64,000 nt of DNA, taken from positions 161,468 through 225,467 of the forward strand of contig MNCI01003240.1 of NCBI GenBank assembly GCA_015680685.1. The letters run 5' to 3'. The stretch comes from Gnetum montanum (Eukaryota; Plantae; Gnetophyta). Position numbers and translations under genes: made by a program. A model generated the notes under the pieces. That model was not told the DNA's origin, ran no database searches, and saw nothing but the letters and a program-made list of their open reading frames with translations. Numbering within the stretch: position 1 is the stretch's first letter; the number at the start of each line of letters is the position of its first letter. Shown here piece after piece: positions 24,161-38,279 of the stretch.

Positions 24161-26885
24161 TCATGTAGTTCCTGGAGGTCGTGGCTCTTCTATCAATTGC
24201 TTCCTCTAGTCACTAAGCTTCTAAAATTTATGGTGGTTTAGGAGCACCTAAAATTGTTCCTCCTCCATCGTTAGATCATGTACCATCCATGTTGTTGAGC
24301 AAATGTATGCTAGAATCGATACATCCCATGGGCACAACAGCTATGGAAACATTTTTTTTCTATCATGTACCAAGCCACAACATGTCATCATTCCTCCTTG
24401 AAGGCCATAGCCTTTTCTTTCAATTCATGATGATCCATCAACCTCTTGGCTAGGTCTGAGGTTACATCCTTCTATCCATGGTAGCAAACCTTAATCATCT
24501 CCAATTCTGAGTTTGCCATGTGGAGTTTTTGTAGAGCATTTTTCTTATCTACAAACTATTTTGATATAATGCAGAGGTGGCCACTACTTGCTACTCTAGT
24601 TCATTTCTAGGCTGACTTGTTGTTAACATGGCAAGGTTTGTATATTGAAGGTTAGCCAATGCCATGTATTCTTTTAAATCTTCAATTTGTAGGTCTTTTT
24701 TCTTTACTTCCTCTTGATGAACCAAGGCATAGCTATCCAAGATTGCCTACCAGTTAAGATTCTACATTAATATGGAACTAATGAAGGCCTTTGCCATCTG
24801 GATTTCTTTTTCATTGATCTATTTGTACATGCTTATTTGGTCCCAAAAGTGTTCCTTCAACTTCTCATGCTTCTTGGCCTTGTTTTGCCACATGCTTATC
24901 TTGATTGTAAACTTTTAACAAATTACACAAACCTCCTTCATTGAGAGGGTTCGATTTTCTTTGGCCAATCTACTGATGTCTTGGCTGACCCTCACTAGTT
25001 GTTCTCTCAATTGGTGTACACTTTCTTCAAAGGTGTTCTTCTATTTTTCTACAATGATCAACCTTGCATTATCAATGGCAAGCTATTTGTTTTCTTCTTA
25101 TGCAATAGTTAATGCCTTTGTATGGGCATATGCTTAAGCTTCAGTAGCTAAAGCATTCCAAAATGCCTTCTCCTTCTCTTACTTTGCAACTTTATTCTAT
25201 TTAATAAATTAGTTTAGCTACTCTATTTGAAATTTTTCCAGCTGGTTAGGTGTGACAAATTGGGCACAGTCTTGTCTTTCAACTCTTAGGGTGGCCAACT
25301 CTTGTTGTAGTCAATCTACTTCTATTTTGACATGCTTTGCCCTAGTCTCTACTATGACTAGCTTTCATTTTGTGGTAATGAGATCTAAATGAACTATAGT
25401 GACATCACTGTGAATATCAAAAAAGGTGGTCATCACTTATCCCATCTACAATAATCTATCAAGTACATCCTCATGGGCCGCAAGAGTTATTGAAGTCCCA
25501 GTAAGCATTTGTACATCTTTGGTCCCAGTCAAGTCCACTAGGGCACCATAGGAACATTGAAAGATTCTTTGATGTGATTTTTTATTACCTCTACTATGCC
25601 TACTACATCTTGATGCTACATGACCATTACTGTGGCACCTTCTTCTATTTCGAGCATCACCTAAAAAGATGCAGTAGTACCAAAGATTTGTTAAGACCAT
25701 TGGGCTTCTTCTCTTGATTGTAAAGAAATTTTTCCTTTTGATGGATTAGTAGAAATGGTAGGCTACATAGCATCAGTAATAACTTGAAAGAGGTTTGGCT
25801 CATCCATACTTCCCCAACTAGGATTTTTAGCAATGTACTACAAATGGCTCATTATGGATCAATAATCTTGTGGCGATGGCGGTGGAACTTGTGGCTCATG
25901 CCACTACTTAGGCTCTTGCTCTATTTCTTTTTCTAGTTTTGGATCCTTTTATGTTTCTTATTCTTCACTAAGGTCTTTCCTTAGTGCTACAGGTCTAAGA
26001 AACTCAACAAAAAAATCACTTTGAGGCCTCCTAGGGATGTCATTGTTGTATCCCTACACAGCTTCCTAATCAAGAAAGAAAATGGAAGTGTTGGCTTCCC
26101 CACCTTCTTTTCTTTGAATTTCCTTTGGATTTCCATGAAGTACATTTGGAAAATATTGACATTGTATTTTCTCATTAATACTACACTTCCCTTGGCTATG
26201 TAGGTTTAGATTCTGTTGAGCCCTTTACTTGGGAAGAGGTGGTATGTGCCTATCTTTAAATAGGTACTCTCTTCTAGAGTGAACTCATTGTATGTTTTAT
26301 TATCTTTATTATACACCTATTTCAGCCGTAAATTTCTTATTTCTAGATCAAACCTTGTCAATAGATGCACCAACTTGGCCTCGACATTTCATAGATTTAG
26401 AGCCTTTGTAATTACTTTGATTGAAAAAGATACAATGACTCCACTAATGTCAACTATGGTGCCTTCTTCCTTTTTATGCAAAAATTGGTACATCTTTCCA
26501 AGGTATCATTCTCCATTTTTTGAAAGGATTTTCCATAATGGTGATGCTTGGAGTTGAGTTCAAACTACCTTAGGGGCAAGTGCCATAAATGGATTGAATT
26601 TCATTTCCATGATGACCACGGTCAACATGGATTTTCCAGGATGGCTTTAAGGCATTCTTGGAACAACATGAGGCATTGTCCTTGCATAGGAGCTTGTAGT
26701 TTTGCATCCTCACCTTGGATTGACTACCCTATAGTAGGATCCTCTTGATGAATGTTAAATGATTAGGCCTCCTATTCCTCATGTTCAACCAATTGGCCTT
26801 GCTCTCTTGGTCAACCTCTACCACCTCTCAGGCATTTGGCTGCACCTTGCAAAGGTTCTTCTTGTCCTCCTCTTTTTGGGGCCAT
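24161..26885 (-). pseudogene. ORF2 (Athila env-like domain + long coiled coil), degenerate
   Basis: Starts MAPKRGGQEEPLQG; contains GTIVDISGVIVSF and PTLPFSFLIRKLC. Colinear with 58517-61271. Confidence 0.75.
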
Positions 26886-29005
26886 ATGTAATCAGTCAAG
26901 GGTTTGATGTTACTAAGGTGTTGTTATTTATCATTATCATGTTTATACCTTACTCATGACCTTAGTTCCTTTAAGTTCTTTAGCTCATATGATTGTAGAG
27001 CTAGAAACATTTTTAGAAAAATGCCCAAAAAGTGTTAATCTTCTTTTATGATCCGTAGCAATTGGTTTCTTTTTCCTTATGTATGGTTGATAATGACAGT
27101 TATGATTCCTTGGGTGAGAGAATTACAGATTTGGCATTCATAGAAATGATTTTTCATTAAAATACTTAAGGTTTAAGATACCTTATAATACCTTCTGAGT
27201 GATAGAAAATTTTGAAAAATCAACACAAATTTTCCACACAAGTACCCTCTCCTAACTAAATTGAACACTCCAAGTTCAAAAAGGCTCAAAAACTATGAAA
27301 AACAAAGTGGTATAAAACAAAAGATCACAAGTTGAAGTTTATTGTGCAAAGCTGTTAGTCACAAGAGAAAAATTCAATAACTCCCTAACTACAAATGATG
27401 ATAATGAATTTTGAAGCACCTCAAGGATCCTATATGTAGTTTTTATGGACCAAATATCAGGTGTCCTATGGTGAGTCTAACCTAATATTGAGTAGTCAAT
27501 ATCAGGGTGCTTGAATTTACATACTATGAGGGTAGTCAGCATGGAAAATAAAGCTCTATGATAGATGGAAGTATTTTAGATAAAAATAAAAGTTCTAGGG
27601 TAAGTGAGAATTTATGTGTAGACACTAGAAGGGTTAGAAGATGGAATTTAAAGCATTAAAAGCTTTGAAAGATGCAATAAAAAGGGGTATTAGATTTATG
27701 GTATGAAATGGATCAGTTATATGGCAAGGAAAAGAATTGAATTTATTATTTATGAACTTGGAAGGTTTAAGATGATGTGGCCATGTTAAAAAAGTACAAG
27801 TCACAACAGTTATACAAGTGGATCCTCCCAAAATTAGGCATCAACCTTTAATGTACTTGTATAACCATACCTAAAAATGTCCATAGGAATCAAAGGGGTT
27901 GAATGCAATGCATACCTATAGAAAAAAATACACATGTTAAACCACCAATTTGAGAAAATAAATCTATGCTACATAAAATCACAAGTTATGATCATATGAA
28001 CAGTGAGATGAGATGAATTTGTCAAGGGATTGTAGAAATTGGGAGGTGATGTGCTTTACCATAGGCATACTAAATCCTTGTGTGTTATTAATGGTTAAAG
28101 TAATCAGTAGTCATTCTTTCCAAGATTCAAACCAAGTTCATACCATGTTCTAATGACATCGCATTGCTTCATCTTTTCAATTGAAAACCATAAGACTACC
28201 ATTGTTGCAAGGAGTAGCATCACTTCATATTTTATCCAAGAAAAGAATTTATTCATGGCACTTTCTCTTTTTTCTTTTTTTTTTCTTTTCTTTAATGGAT
28301 TCTGAGAAGCCACCAACCTTCAAGCATGGGTAACATGTGTGTCCAGTGGGACCCTTGGAATTTTATTCAGTACCCTTTTATTTGATACTTACTCCCATTT
28401 TTTATTAGATCTACAAGGATATCATTACAACCTTATCAACATTATAGAACATACAAAAGTGGTCAAAGAGAATCCACAAATCCCCTTGATGTCACACCCT
28501 ACACATTCCCCCTTGGTTATGCACTTTTCAATCTAGGCATAATGACTACAAATTTATTCTTAGTTTTGGTGATGGAAAAGAATATCATTATGACCTTAGC
28601 AAGAACCTCTTATTAATGGAATGGATGAATGGATGGTGTGATCTTACTATCGAAATAATCAATCTCTTATGGCTTGACAATATAGAGAAAACCTCACCTT
28701 AATGGGCTACATGATTGGTTTATTCACAAGCGAGATTACTAACAAAGGAAATGAAAACAAAATGTTGAACAAGTAGAAAAGGATAGAAAAAATTTGTATT
28801 AAGAAATAAGAAAAAGAATAAAAAATTGTAAAAAAAAATATAAAAACACCCATTAATTCTAAATGTTAGGATGGGGTGTCTCCCCCATGACTAAGCATTT
28901 GATCATGACAAGAATTAATAAGTAGATAGGTAGGCTCCATGCATGTGTAAAATAGTGTTAACCTTTCATTTTCAAGCCACTGGGTGTCTCTTGGTTTAGT
29001 GGTAG

Positions 29006-31334
29006 CTACGTAGATAACTTTTTGTTCACACACTTGTTGTTAAATGTACGATGGATTAGAGTATGAGTCGTGTCAATGTTGTAGATGTATGGCCCATAAT
29101 TGCACCCTTGATCCCTATTAGGTATGCATGGATTCCTTTGTCTTTTCACAATGTTAGATTCATTGCTTCTATTGGGTGTTGGAGTAATAATGGATGGTGG
29201 CCCTTGCATAGAATCAAAGGATGTTGATTTTGAGAGGGAAGGTGTTACATTTGGTTGGCATTATGCTAGTTTGGATGATGTAGTAGGTCCATGAGTGTTG
29301 CACTTATGCATGGAAGCCATCCTAAAGAAATGATGTTTTTGAGATTGTGGTGGGAACCTACTGGAATTATCATGTCTATGCACATTTTCAGCACAAGTGG
29401 CATTCTTTTGTTGATGTTATGGGATGGAGTATGAGAATGTTAAGAATAACATGGAGGGTAAGAGGTGTGAGGTGGTAATCACTCAAAAGATGTCATGGGT
29501 TAATGATACTCAGGAGAGTGAGACTAGTGATTTGAAGTAGAGGATGTAGAACTAGTTGGAGATATAGGTTGTTGAACATAATATTCATATGGGTTTGACT
29601 AATAATAAGGGTAAGGCTGGTTTGGTGATGGCCTTCCCCATGGCTATGGGTTTTGCCATTGTGGTTGATGGTAGTATTGATGCTAGTAAGAAGTCCTCCT
29701 AGGATAGTATGATTGGTTGTAGGATAGTATATAACTATCATGTGAAAAAGGGGATTTCCTGGGCATGTGCTTTTGTAAGAACTTGGGATTTAATGAAAAA
29801 TCCCAATACTCATGTAGATGTAACATGACTAGGCAATGATCCTTTGGGTGGTCATATATGCAAATGTTACATCTATCATCTTCGTTTGTGATGGAGTCTA
29901 TACCCTTGCTTCCTTCATCTAGTTTCCCTATTTGTTGATAAGTGTTCCTAGCTATTTCTTGGATCTCTTCCTCCATTTATTATAATCATTTAATTCATTT
30001 TACATTACTTTCTCCTCTACGGTTTCTATGAAAGTTGTAACTTTCTCATTTATCCACTTCAACATCCTATCAAACTTTGCTTCAAGTTTGTCGATAGACT
30101 TTTGTATCGACAAAGTTTGTTGTAGAATCGCCTTATTGAGAGCTGCCTCTTTCTCCTTACCATAAATGTGGACCTTCTTCTTTTGAAGAGTTGGGTCGCA
30201 ATGACATTTCTCAATGTTCTCCTATTTACATAGCTCTCCTTCTTCTTTTTCCACATGCTAAATTAGCTCTTAGATCTAATGGGTTTGTAGCTCGTATAAT
30301 TGACTTGAAGAATATATCCCAAGGGTCTTCCTTGTTTAATTATGAAGGCCATCTATGACTTGGAAAAGTTTCTCTTGCTTAAAGAAAGCATGGACTAGGC
30401 ATATATTCAATAGAGAATAATATCTAAGGCCATGTCCAAGGGTTCATTTTGTTCATGTGTCCATCCTTGGATTTGTCCCCTTAGGTTGAACACCCTTGCA
30501 TAGGTTTGATATTTCACATTGAAGAGTTCTAGCAATGTGGACCACTGTTAGATTGAATTTGGTTTTAATGATCTAACCACACTTTAGCTCTATTTATTAG
30601 TGTCTTGTAAAAGAGCTTAATCTTTTGCCACCCATTTTCAATGTTGTAGAAGGCACAAGCATCTTGGAAGGCTTGTACATGATGTTGTGGATCCAAATCA
30701 TAACCTCCTGCAAATTTAGGAATATTGTTTATATCAAGCCTAGGTAAGAAAATTTCCTTGCAATGCCTATGAGGTATCTTAACTTCCCCTATGATCTACA
30801 TCAGGCTCTTAGTGGCCAACAAGGGTTCATTGTCATTAGACATGTTGTGATGAAAATTTCTATTTCTATTTGTTTGATTGTGATAATTTTATCTATGTTC
30901 ATTTTAATGTCTTTGATTTTTTCCATGGTTTCAATCCCTATTTTTATTTCTATTTTGATGTCAATGATGAGCTTGGTCTCTATACCTATGTTCATCTTTG
31001 TTAGAACTAGATGTTGAATAGGAAGAGAAAGATGAGGAACTAGGAGGATTGCCATGGCTTTATGGTGTTTCCTAGGGTTCATTAATTTATCTTTTCTAGG
31101 TTTTGAGGAGTTCCTAAGCCTTAAGGCCTTTCCTAGTCCAGGGCTTACTTCTTCGCCTCTAGGATTATCTATCTTAGGTGAATGTTGTCCTTGAGTGTCG
31201 TTAGGGTGATCATGCACATATGAAACCTCTACATGAGGTTGGTCACTCCAACTATCTTCAACATATATCTCATTAGTTCTTCAATGAATTTTTTTGCTAT
31301 ATAATGCATTATTGCCTCCTTGTGAGAGAGACAT
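29006..31334 (-). pseudogene. gag: Athila-like gag (Retrotrans_gag) with Pro/His-rich tail, degenerate
   Basis: MSLSQ start; PRLDINNIPKFAGGYDLDPQHHVQAFQDAC; CNIC...H..DHC knuckle. Confidence 0.8.
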
Positions 31335-32802
31335 TATTTTTAGTTAATGATGTGTCTGACTTAATATATTAGTATTTTCTAAATGATAGATAATTAATAC
31401 CTTTATAGTGATCATGTATAATATAACTAATCTAGATAACTAGCACCATCCCCAATAACAGTGCTACTGATGAGCAGAGAGGTACCCCTATGCCCAACCA
31501 TACGAATCACAAGCATTCATGCATAATCTGGTCAAATTCCATGGATGGGACTAGTTGTGTATCTAAATCGTTATGCCTTGATCATAGTTCGTTGTCTTCC
31601 CACTTGGACTAGTGGTAGCTTTATCACATATGATTTAGTCCAAAGTGAGACATATGATGATTGATGTTGTTTAGTCCTAACTTCTAATGATAATAAAGAG
31701 ATAAATTAATTGAGCTAATTAATAATGGAAATTAAAATCTAAATTAGCCTACATGTGATGAGTATCTGTTCCTAATTGTCTATACTCACCTTGGACTTCA
31801 CATACCTACTACTGGGATTACCAAGCATACATCACTAGGCGTACCAAATGATACACTGCTAGGCTACTAAGTATCTACACTTAAGCACTCGCAATTAGTC
31901 GTACTCATTATACTTAATGATAAGAATAATAAAGAGCAATAAATGGAAACATGAACTATGAAAAATAGTAAAAAATTAAACAACTAAAAGTAATAATAAA
32001 TCTAATTGGATGCCATAATGATGAAAGTAATCTCGATCTTTATTATTGATCATGTAATGTGTCCAAGTACGTCACACTTGAATAAGGATGTTATACAATC
32101 ACTTAACATCATATTGCAAGCATACACTAGAAGAAAAACTTTTTACTACTTTGAAATCTATGAAAAAGCAATCTAAAATCTATCTACTATATCCCAACCA
32201 TGCATCCAAGTGTGGTACTCATATGCTCGCATGGAATGGATGATATCGAATGCCTGACATTGGAGGTTGTGCCTCAATATTGGATACTCGACATCATGGC
32301 CTCAATATCAAATATTTGATATTTCAACCCTACAAAACATGACTCATCAATCCCACTAAAAATTAGGATGTCTCACTTGGGACATCCCAGCTTGGATGTC
32401 TCACTTGGAACCTCCTAGTCCCAACTATAATTGGGACATCTGCTATTTTTCTAGGATGTCTAGCCTAAAACTGGATCTTCATCTCTAGTATATCTACTAA
32501 TCTTCTAGGACATCTAGGCATATATTGAAGCATTTTCATTTGGCTTGTAGACTTCATGCATCCTTGTAATCTTCCATATTGGTTGAGACTTCTTATCATC
32601 TCGACATAGCTCTCATTTTGGCACAATGAAGCTCTTGTTTCAATCATCATGCTCTTGTCTCATTCTCATGAAGTTCTTATCTTCACACCAAAAAGCTCTT
32701 ATCTTGATCTTTTCATCTTTTTCTTTCTTATTCTTGCAAGACCACAAGCATATTTTCAACATTTTTCATTTTCTAAGATTTTGACATACTAAGAGGTCAA
32801 CA

Positions 32803-35180
32803 CCAATTTCTAGCTCTAAAAGCAAGCATTATATAGAAGTTGACATAGAATAGTATCCTCAAGGTCCATCTTTACAAGCTCATTAATTTACCAAAGCTAA
32901 CATTTTTTGTAGAACCAATTTACAAGTTTGTTTATTAAGCTACATTTTGATTTCATAAATTAGTTCTATGAGCTAATGTGGAAGTAAAGGCTAAATTTCT
33001 TTTAAAAGCTCTTAATTCATTGTTTGGAAATAGTTAAATCATTAATAGAACCATTTTGTAGAGCCTTTTTTCAGTTATACAAACTCACAACTACATAATG
33101 CTAACATGGCAAAGATCATTTTAAGCTTCTTCATAGGGTTGATTTTCAACTTTATAAACTAGTTCTACAACTGATGTGGTATACCTTTTTTTCTGCACTT
33201 GCTTGTAGAACCAAATTTTAGCTTTATGAGCAAATATTTTTCTTAAAATCTAACATGGTAGAGCTATTCTCATGCTTGCTTGTAGAATTGGATTTTGGTT
33301 CTATGAGCCATGTAATCGAGCTTCCATGTCATGATATGTATCATCACCTTAATTATTGATTTTGTAGAAGCAAATGCAAAGTATCCTTTGAGAGCTTTTG
33401 GTATACTTCTTTGTCAATAAATCCAACTCATGTGCCATGTAATGAAGTTGGCATGGTAGAACAAAATATGAGCTTATTTGTAGAGCTAATTTTTGCCTCT
33501 ATGAACAATGCTCTTTCTCTAAAGCTAATAAGGTAGATACAAATTTAAGCTTGACTATAGAATAAAAGTTGGGTTCTATAAGAAAATCCTTTTTCTCTAA
33601 AGTTGATGTATCAAAGCTAATTTTATGCTTCTTCATAGACTTGAGTTTTAGCTTTATAAACTGATTCAACAAGATAGTGCGATAGAACTGTTTCTACTTT
33701 CACTTCATAGAACTGAATTTTAGCTTTATGAGTGATGCTTTTTTTAAAGCTTACATGGTCTAACGATGATGTGTCTTGTAGAACCATATTAATCTCTCTC
33801 CATAGAACTAGATTTTGGTTCTATGAATCAGGGCTAACAACTTACATGATAGAGCTGAAAAGTATGTTTCTAGTAGAACCATTTTTTAACCCCATGAATC
33901 TTCCCATCTGAATAGAGCTTTCTTGGTAAAACCATTCTTAGCAATTTTTTTCATAGAACCATATTTTGGTTCTACTAATCTACTTTACATGATAGCTTGC
34001 GTGTTATATGGGATACACATATACAAAGCTAATTTCAGTCTTTCCTTATGCTTTATTCTCGTAAAGAGAAATCAAGTAGAACCATCTTCTAGAGCCAATT
34101 TTTGTTTCTATGAGCCTCTATGAGTTGAGGTGGTAAGCATACTTAAGAAAATCCTTTCTTTCAAATGAATCTTGAAACCTCTTGTAAAGCTAATTCTTGG
34201 TTTTGTTACTCTACTCCTTTTATCAAAATGATTCAAAAGTATTAAATCAGCCTTGGATAAATCTCCTATTTTGGAAATGATAGGATTTATTTCTTTGCTC
34301 AACTATTTTCTCTAATGAAAATCTTGTATTTAGATGAACTTGATCTTTTAACTCTATGAGTCCATCTTTGACAGTCTTATCTTAACTAGCAAATAGAATG
34401 AGTGTCCCTCTAGGAAGGAAGAGCATCCCTTTGGGCTAGATTAAGCTCATTCAAGTTTTATCTTTCTAATTAGTCTACATGATGTTAGGTATAATTTAAA
34501 ATCATAGTGTCTTAAATGAAATCATCTCCCTAGAAACATTCCTTTGAATCCATGATTATTCATTCAAGCTTTACTATGCTGCAGAAACCTAAAATTTATT
34601 TCTACATTCGTATGCATTCTTTCAATCCATGGGCCTTTTACTTAACTTTCAAACTTAAGTTCTGATGCTTTATTCATACTACAACTCTCATTAAAAACTT
34701 GGCTTTAAATCTTTGAAACTCAAAATCACAATTAAGGCCTCAGCTTTTTGTTCCTTCAATTTTAATTTCTAAAGTATTCTAAAATATAGAGTTCCTTTCT
34801 TATCTAAATGTTAAGCTATATTAAAATCAAAAATCATTATCAGTTTGTATAATTCACTTTTTAGTGAGTCTTAATGTCTTGAGATATCAAATAGATTTCT
34901 CTTATTCCCAAAATGGAAGCTTAAAATATTATCTTGTTTCCATTTTAATCAACATAACAATGGTATAAATATAACTCTAAGGTAGATAACTAGGCTTCAT
35001 TAAGTTCATAAGTTTCATTCAAGACTTGAATGATAATCTTTAATTCTTAAACTAGGTTTCGTACAAGAGTTACCAACTTTACCTATAACAAAGCAATTTT
35101 CTTTAGCTAATTTTCCATTATTTATTGAGTAGAGAGAAAGACTTTAGCCCTACTCCATTAATGACCAAAATGGGACAATA
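32803..35180. repeat. Second copy of the 3699-6030 tandem-array/ORF segment
   Basis: Colinear similarity from CCAATTTCTA... to ...TTTAGCCCTACTCCATTAAT. Confidence 0.9.
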
Positions 35181-35476
35181 CTATACTACATGGTAGAAAC
35201 TTTATTCTTGGAACTATTAAAATGAAGAAAACAAAGTCAAGTACCACCATAAGAAAATATGGAATAGAAAAGATTAGGATATACATTTTTTAGATAGAGG
35301 TCATTGCATTTGTCCAAATATTCTTGTGGTAGAAGAGGGCTATGAAAATATCATCAGTTGTTTTATACATGTGTAATCATATGAAATAGCTGTATAAATC
35401 ATACTATAAGCTACTTCTCACACATCTACTGAGAACTCTTTCTATTTATCTATTCATTACTCTTGAAGAACCTTCA

Positions 35477-36120
35477 ATGATTACTCCATTAAAAGTAGTA
35501 AAAAAGTCAGATACACGAAGCAAGAAAGTAGCAAAAATTATAAACAAGAATATTAAGGTGGCAAAGATGGAAAGAGGATATTTCCATCCTAATTTTGCTA
35601 CAAGCTACCAAATTAAAATTGACTAATGCACTCAAACTCCTGACAAGTATAAAATTAGAATAATGAACATGAAGTACATCAATGATCTTCTTGCATCAAT
35701 GAGAATGAATCTTGTCATTATTATGCATGATTGCATATTCTTTCCATACAAAACTTCTACCAATGAGGCTATTACATCTTCATCTAAATCTAAGACTCAT
35801 GGGGAAGATTTTTGATTCTAGATTCTAAATGAATAGCATTTGATTTAGGCTACAAAGATTCTTCTTAATAGAGATAATGTTGAAATGTTAGTGAAAAATC
35901 TCTATAGAGTTCTTCATGTCAAGCTTCTAAAGATTGACACTCTAGTCTTTGTGATCATGAAAATTTGTTACTCAAAATCAGGTTCAGGGCATGAAATATG
36001 ATCCTTCCTAAGTGTATATCTTGAGGCATGCTAGAAGCAATCTCTACTAAAATAATATTAGAAAAATATCTTCTAGTGAAAATTCAAAAGAACTAAAGCC
36101 AATCTATGATAGCCTTAGAT
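35477..36120 (+). pseudogene. ParB/Sulfiredoxin-like domain ORF, degenerate
   Basis: One frame reads IKID*CTQTPDKYKIRIMNMKYINDLLASM...F*F*ILNE*HLI*A. Reverting deamination-type changes gives FWILNGQH.IQA, a ParB-type xGQH motif. Confidence 0.5.
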
Positions 36121-37288
36121 TTATATTCAAGAAAATTATTTATGTTTGATCTCTAGAGTAGATCATTTAATATATCATGTATTAAATCATTGACATTTCT
36201 TGTATCAAATTTATTATATGTTATTAGTGTACTTACATTCAATTCCCTTTAGAAGAGGAATATTTTTCTCAGGTTTGATGACATTCTCTTCAAAAAATGA
36301 AATAATATTTTCATGATGTATTTGAATAATACTTTACAATGCTACTCATTGATGATCTCCAATGAAAATTTCAAGGATAACAATCTTAAGTAATTAAGTG
36401 CCAATGTGTTCCACCTACTATAAGGTCTCAGGCAACATGAAATTGAGATAAGTGCTAATGTGTTATTCAATGGGAAAATGTGTTTAAAGCATGTCAAGGA
36501 AAAGGATAAGAAATGAAAATATATAATTAAGAGAATGATCATACTAGAGCAAAAATGTGATCAAATGAGGCATTCATATTCTTTGAAGCTTGCACTAATT
36601 TAATTCTTTGTTAGTAAAGATACATGGATTTATTGATGCATAAAACTTAATGTAGATAACATTTGTAACAAGTATTGATTTATAATTTAATATCATCTTA
36701 TATTTTTATTTTCATTATATATGATAACTTTTTAATCCACACTATGCTTTTTAACTACAAATACAAAATTTATGATTACATGTTTCTAATCTTGCTTGGA
36801 AACATTGAGTTTACTAAAGAGGACCTAACATCGAACCTTATGTTCAATCAATAGTGCATGGATACTTGAAATCTCTTAATTCTATAGATGCCATGAATAC
36901 AACCACCCAAGCAATTAAAGGTATTTTTTGTTATCGGGAGAACATGGAGTTCGTAGATCTTACATTGCTTAGATATGAGAAGAAATTCTCTTTTTTGAAG
37001 ATATCAGTAGTTTTCTATTTAGTTAGTTTTCAAAATATCTATCTTTTTTCAAACATAGATGTATATATTTAGTATATGCTTAATAAGGATATCATAATAT
37101 GTTTGAAAGATAGATTTACTAATATGGTAAGTAGGACTATTAGCATATTTTTTGTAATAATTTTATTACTATTTTCTATTGTAATTATTTTGTTATTACT
37201 AACATTACAAGAATAACCAAGATACATATATTTTGGATGACAAGGACAACAAAAATTAGGAGGAAGAACCAAAATAAGATAAGGTTAG

Positions 37289-37442
37289 AAAACATGCTAA
37301 ATTTAAAAGTCATTTTTTTGCACAATTCTTATAAATATTTCAGTAACTGTGTTTAATGTGTTTATAAAACATGCTAAATTTAAAAGTCATTTTTTTGCAC
37401 AATTCTTATAAATATTTCAGTAACTATGTTTAATGTGTTTAT
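37289..37442. repeat. Near-perfect 2 x ~77-bp tandem duplication
   Basis: AAAACATGCTAAATTTAAAAGTC...AATGTGTTTAT is repeated at 37289 and 37366. Confidence 0.9.
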
Positions 37443-38279
37443 TCATATTTGAAATATAGGATGATAAGGGTAAATAGAATAAATCAATAAATCTAATAAG
37501 GGTGGAGATAGTGAATTTGACGAGGAGGCAAAAAAAATGAAGATTTGGTAAATATATATGTTCATTTAGATACTTTTGTTAGTTTAATATATGAATTTAA
37601 ATATTTAGCCCTATTGCTAATCTTCACTATTTTAACTAGGAGACACAAATATGTTTGTCTCATTCGAAATAATTGGCCAAAGTATAGCACATAAAGTTTC
37701 CAGCAATAAGGGTAAGGTAACTAAGCTTTTGTTAAATGATTTTTTATAATAATTGATTTTATTACGAATAGATTTTATGATTTTTTTATTCTACAAGGGA
37801 AAATTTCACCACCATTAAAGGTATCAAAAAAATTTAATATTAAAACCTATAAGGAATTAAAAAAAAACATTAATATATTGTGTAGAATATATTTCATGTC
37901 TTGTAATCTTATATTTATTAATAAAATTTGTTATATAAAAACATTTTTGTATGTTTGAAATGATGAGAGTGAGAGTTCAGTGAAAGGTCCAAATAAAAAA
38001 TGTATGAGCATGTACTTATTATACCTAAATATCTATTATTTTGAAATGTATTTTATTCATGGAGAGGATTAAATTATATAACTATGATAGAGTAACTATC
38101 TCCCTATAAGCATTGCATATCATAATGATCTTCATGCTAACTCATTTCTTAATAAACATTATATTGAGATTAATCCTAAATGTCTAACATATTTACTTTA
38201 ATTAGTTGCATCAAATAAACAAGGTGATCATGTTGATTTGAATAGTTCGGCTTCTGTGGTAACCAATTTCTATAGTTCA

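Larger units (their letters stand above)
23088..32349 (-). mobile_element. Complete non-autonomous Athila-like LTR retrotransposon (gag + ORF2, no pol)
   Basis: LTRs 23088-23972 and 31468-32349; TSD ATCCC on both sides; decayed tRNA-Asp-type PBS (TAGCACTGTTATTGGGGA, 31449-31466); PPT TTGTGGGGGTA. The internal region is homologous to 55531-61460. Confidence 0.92.
16520..32802 (-). mobile_element. SIRE/Sirevirus-like Ty1/copia element lacking pol (gag + env-like), with nested insertions; 3' LTR truncated
   Basis: Both LTRs begin TGTTGACC on minus (32802 and 17063). iMet PBS TGGTATCAGAGC; Sirevirus-type PPT CACCAAAAAGGAGAAGAT|TG; GGGA(C/T)(A/G)TCCC palindromic motifs in the LTRs and upstream of the env-like ORF. 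Confidence 0.8.
22368..32802 (-). repeat. 5' LTR of the SIRE-like element (22368-23087 plus 32350-32802), split by the Athila-like insertion
   Basis: The joined halves match the 3' LTR remnant at 16520-17063. Confidence 0.8.
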
